The position numbers were made by a program, and so were the translations under genes. A DNA stretch of 63,596 bases, filler included, from Collodictyon triciliatum (taxonomy: Eukaryota): NCBI GenBank assembly GCA_043381765.1. It is 5 parts of 5 records of this genome, joined end to end, with 100 filler letters (N's around TTAATTAATTAA, not from the genome) between each part and the next. Parts side by side here need not be neighbours in the genome. Positions count along the whole stretch, not along the records: positions 56,000 to 63,596 come from JBHJMP010001284.1; 4 more parts are not named here. The stretch is one strand, 5' to 3'. The notes beneath the pieces were generated by a model that saw nothing but the letters and a program-made list of their open reading frames with translations, made no database searches and was not told where the DNA came from. This document shows positions 58,489-63,596 of this stretch, piece after piece; positions within the stretch are counted from its first letter, which is position 1; the number at the start of each line of letters is the position of its first letter.

Positions 58489-60523
58489 CCTAATAGAAGC
58501 GGGACAGAAGCGGTTTGGCCGGGTTTCTGGTGGCTGTGGTCGAGTGGACTGGGTTGTGTGTCAGTGTGTTCCATAATATTTATTTGTTCTGTGACTGCGC
58601 TCGACAAATCACAGGATAGTAGCGCTCGAGAAAGTGATCGCGACCATGCACGCAGGGAATAGAACAGGCGTTGCAAACAAGGGACATGATTGGATTGAAA
58701 TGACAAATGAGCGCACAATAGTAGGCGAATCCATAGTTGTATGAGTCGGTTGCATTACACAACATACCTGAGAGTGAATTCTCCTTGATCTGCATGTATG
58801 TGTTTGTGTTGGTGAGATGATGCACGCGCAAACATGGATTCGTTTGTGTATGCAATGGGTGGGACATCTTGAATTTTATACAACGTGGTAATCATGCCAT
58901 GATACTATGTTTACGTCTCTTATGCCCACATTGCAAGGTGCTAGGTCATTTATGGTGTGCATTCAATAAATACATATTCAATGGTGAGAAAAGAACGGAA
59001 TGCTATCGCCTGTTTGCATCCAATTATTTTGCTGCCAATATGCGTCCTTTGACATCCTTCATTAATATCCGTATGTGTTGCGAGAACCGCATTGTTCATT
59101 TGTTGGCATTCTTCAAGATGTGGTGCCCATGTCTCCCCTGCAGAGCGAGTGAACCTTTCGAAACCGTAGCAACGCGGAAGCTCTAGTGCATTCATATCTC
59201 GAGAAGAACTGTTTGTGTTTTTGTATAACTCGACGCCTTTCAAGTCCCTTGGAACCCCCTCGGGTTTAAAATATCAAGTAATGACGCTGTATCACGTCAC
59301 TTCAAACAGAGTTACACCACTATTTTTCCATCGATCGAAGAACCAAAGACGGTCAAATGCACCCGACTCTCCGCAATTCTCGACGACCATATCTTAATCC
59401 AAGACCTTTCGGCATAAAGTTATCAGGGCGAATCCTCACAAACTAATTACAGTCAAAGCATGATCTTCTCTAAGAGCTGTCTAGCTGGTGTAACTGGACA
59501 GCAAATCAAAGGCTCGTAAATGGTTATGGAAGGATTTGTTATCGGTCAAAGTATATAACCCAAATTATGATATATTTAGATGGGGTATATTTGAGGATGA
59601 AGTACCATCGCGCAGCGAGATACGTGCGGTGCCGCGTCGGCTGGAGTATGAGAGGACTTGTCGGCACGGAATTATGGGGAAAAAGTCGATGGTGAGCTAC
59701 AGCCATGATGAGCACAAATCCCACAGAGATGGTCTGGGCAACTGCCGCAAATTGGACTAGTGCCAGTGGAAAGATACTTTGACTTTCGATGCGGCGCGCA
59801 GCAAAAAGTATCCTGACCCTCTACTTTGGCCTCTTGTTGATTTCATCCGCGACTTTGCTAGTACAACGCTCTTTATCAGGCTGGCAGAGCAAACCCTGCG
59901 CCCAGCACATTAAACTTTTGTTGGAATGACTTTGCGATTGCGTGTGCCAGGAATAACTAACGCGGGCAGACAGTTTGGTGACAGTTATATAATATCCAAT
60001 AATGTAGTAAAATTTCCTTTGCAGTATTGCAAAACTGGATATTAGCTTATATTAGATTTACATCTGCATTTTAAACAATTCTAGTTGCAATAATAATAAA
60101 ATATATAATCAAATATATTCTCGTATAATTGTAATGTGTTGAATGTTCTAGACGCAATATTCCATTAAATTGGACCATAAATGTACACTTTCTGCGTATC
60201 TCCCCAAATGATGGCTCTGCGGTGCACACAGGGATCAAATAGCGCTCGCGGAGCTTTTTAAAGCAGCCACTTCATCTTCCGCTTGATTTACACACACTGC
60301 TCTCAGTTGACTCAATCTGCTTCATCAGACAGACGAGCAGCCGTCTCCGCAAGAAAACAAGTCAAGAAGAAAACAAAACAAAAAGCAAAACAAAAAAAAC
60401 AAAAACCTCACCGTCATTTCCTCGATGAAATAGAACCCAGCCAGGAAGAACACCGCAGCACAGAGACAACCCAGGCAACAAGGAGTCCACAAACACACAA
60501 AGCACAAGGCGCAGACAAACAAG

Positions 60524-63478
60524 ATGTCCAGTCGCGCCCCCGCCGAGATAGAAAGTCTTGGCAAAGTATGGGAGCCAAAGGACTCGCCTCTGTCGGAAGC
60601 GACAAAGCTGGCCCTGGAAAGGAAAGCGCTGCGCTATATCCCAGACTCTGTTTCTCTGCTGACGAATCTCCACCTTCTCTGTGTCCAGAATAACGAGCTC
60701 GAGTTCATTCCGCAGTGGATCACACGCCTGGCACGACTGAATCACCTACGAGCAGACGGAAACAAACTCACAGAAATCCCCGCCAGTCTCTTTGGAGCTG
60801 CAGGCCTTGTTTCGCTGTTTCTGCAGGAGAATCAGATCCGCACCGTCCACAAAGACATTGCACGGCTCACCCGCCTGCGCTTCCTTTCCTTGTACTCAAA
60901 CAACATCGATTCGCTGCCTGTGGAACTCTCGCTGCTCATCAATCTGACGGGCCTTGCTCTCCACAACAACAGACTCAGCTTCATCCCAGACTCTTTCTCG
61001 TGCCTCACGGCCCTGAATGCGCTTCAACTGAGTCAGAATCGCCTCTCTGCGCTTCCCTCGGCACTTTCGCTTCTCACAAATGTCTCCTTGCTCTTCATCC
61101 ACGAAAATCATATCGCTGCCATCCCCGACTTCATATCGCGTTTGGTTAATTTAGTTTCGTTGCAGATGAACAATAACAACATATCAGTTATCCCGCAGGG
61201 CTTGTTTAAACTATCTAAACTGTCACTGCTCCGTGCTGATGAAAACAAAATTACAAACATCCCGCTGGAAATATCCTCTCTGATCAATCTCTGTACACTC
61301 TCTCTGTATTCCAATGGGATAACCTATCTACCAAACGAGGTTTATGCACTCTCGAAACTGCAGGTGCTCCGTGTCGATAGTAACATGCTCTCCAAACTTC
61401 CAGATAGACTATCGTCGCTTGTGAATCTAAAACTGCTTCGAGCAGACAAGAATCAACTGATTGAGCTCCCCAGGAGACTATCAGCTTTACAAACCCTGAC
61501 ATATTTTTGCATAGATAACAACAATATAAGCACTATCCCAGATGACAGCCTGCCTGTGTCTCTTGAAAGATTACAAATTAGTAACAACAAAATCTCATCC
61601 ATCCCTGCGAGCATTTCAACACTTACAAGCCTCACAACTTTTTTATTAAGTGGAAATAGTGTGGAACATATCCCAGATGAGATATTGTATTTGAATCAAT
61701 TGGCCATGTTAGATACCAGTGCTAATAGGCTAACTACACTGCCCAAAGGGCTATCTCATCTTTCAAACTTGGTGAGCCTAAACATAAGGGAAAACAAGTG
61801 CTCAGTCATCCCGTCCTGGATTTACCGTTTGAAGGGGCTGACCTTCCTCTCCATCCGAAACAATCCGGTTTGACCATATATATAATCTTATAATTTCATA
61901 TATTAATATGTTGGAAACAAATTGTGAGCACCAATATATTGACACCTCATGAGTGCTGATAATGGAGACTTTCCTTGTATTCGAAAGTAATAAATAATAT
62001 GTCCAAAATATAGATTGAAGAATTACCAGCAGACATCACCCGATTGAGTCACCTTAAAGAGCTGATTATAGAAGACCCGAGTGGGATGTCATCCATCAAA
62101 ATGAGTCCAGCCGGACTCTCAACTCTACCGTGTTTCGATAACCATGACAAGCCAGGCCCAGAGTGGAGAAGGAGCATCTCTGAATCACTCCAAGCACTAC
62201 CCATCATACAAGTAAGCTGACTCGCCTGTTCGTAAAGCATTGGATTTATTTGTAGCAAATTATTTATGCCGCTTTTTTTTAAAAAAAATAAATTGGTATA
62301 CTCAACCTATCAACTTAAACATTTCTTGGTTCCTACTCGCACCGTATGTAGGCCGAAGAAGCTGGTTTGTGGTATTCAATGTGCTAACGAGAAGACAGCA
62401 AGATATTGTTATTTTAACAATTGTAAGGGGTAAGACTAAATTTGAATATAATATAGAGGTCAAAGTACTATCGGAGGCCGAAGCGAAGAAGGAGCTTGAG
62501 ACAAGGGAGAGACAAGAGGAAGACACACGCCGAAAGATGCAAAAAGATCAAGATGTATTTGATTATGATCATTATCGATATTGTATAATGGCTTCTGACT
62601 CAAGTTTGCAAGCTTGCTGCTGTGGAAATGTTAAAAGACATTATCAAATTCCTTTTTATTAATGTTCATAGGAACAATACAAGGAAAAGAAAGCAAGGTT
62701 CGATGAAATAATCGCCAAGGAGCCCAGTGAGAATCTCAACTTATTTCTGTTCTCATATACCTGTGAACATATATACTTTTTTCTTATTTCCTTGCCTAAA
62801 ACGCTGCTTTTCAGACAAGGTCGCTAGTTTCGGTGTCCAAAATATCAAGGGAGATGTAATCCAGAATACTCAGGAGCTCAATACAGCAAAAGTGGTTGTT
62901 TTCCAAGAGCAGAACATCTCGGTGTTCAGTATTTCTGTAAACGCTATCTCCACTGTCGAAAAGCTCTCCTTGAAGCAGAACCAGGTACTTTCGCCCAGAC
63001 TAGCCATGAATTCGGCTTAATCTCAAATTGGAAAAAAAACTGAAAAGTTTTTGGATGGATTTTTCTTACAAAAAATATTCGACACACTAGCTCTCCAGTA
63101 TTCCATCAGCCTTCAGCGAACTAACTAATATGAATCATATTGACTTGAGTGAGAATAAGGTTATAATAAATTTAAGTTTGCTACTTGCCTTGAATAATTA
63201 ATTTTTTTTATTGTATTGTATTGTATTGTATTGTATTGTATTGTATTGTATTGTATTGTATTGTATTGTATTGTATTGTATTGTATTGTATTGTATTGTA
63301 TTGTATTGTATTGTATTGTATTGTATTGTATTGTATTGTATTGTATTGTATTGTATTGTATTGTATTGTATTTCATACAAAGGTCATTAAGGCCAGCGCT
63401 TTTCCACAGTTTTCGACGTTGCCAACACCCCTAAGCACAATATCGAGTCTCCGAGAAATCAAGGCGTCTGATAATCCA
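60524..63478 (+). CDS. Leucine-rich repeat protein (LRR-B), continues beyond the window
   Basis: 1344-nt first exon (60524-61867) with about 18 23-aa LRRs, then exon 62014-62211, charged linker exons, and 69-nt LRR exons 63091-63159 and 63410-63478. Confidence 0.92.
63210..63371. repeat. (ATTGT)n microsatellite in an LRR-B intron
   Basis: visible. Confidence 0.95.
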
Positions 63479-63596
63479 GTGAGTATACACATAGTCTCAT
63501 TTACCAGCTATTCTGAGAGACTCTGACTTCGGAACAAAGCTCGTGCAACATTGAACATTCAGCAACAGATTAACTAAAGTCAACATCAATAGATTA

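Overview
Eukaryotic genomic DNA from an intron-rich, AT-rich organism that is probably flagellated (it encodes CFAP57 and TTC12); the standard genetic code fits every gene I traced. The window is five contigs joined by artificial 100-bp spacers (44 N + TTAATTAATTAA + 44 N). By manual splicing I trace: a UGGT exon, the 5' half of CFAP57, a probably mitochondrial PPR protein, a group-A FAD monooxygenase, kynurenine 3-monooxygenase, MRM1, a Qa syntaxin (5' end lost in a gap), TTC12, a CH-domain protein, a full ABCA transporter (about 53 exons), eIF2B-delta, an EHD protein, a truncated unknown gene and two divergent paralogous LRR genes. Main observations: (1) an AT-AC U12-type intron in the ABCA gene, implying a minor spliceosome; (2) about six GC-AG introns and many AAG acceptors; (3) an LRR gene pair combining an intron-free first exon of variable repeat number with exact 69-nt, phase-0, one-LRR exons; (4) UGGT and CFAP57 colliding mid-gene at a TnAn palindrome, most likely a misjoin; (5) a Cdc37-N-like motif in TTC12. 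All gene identities come from motifs recognised by eye. No database search was run, and the exon structures are inferred.
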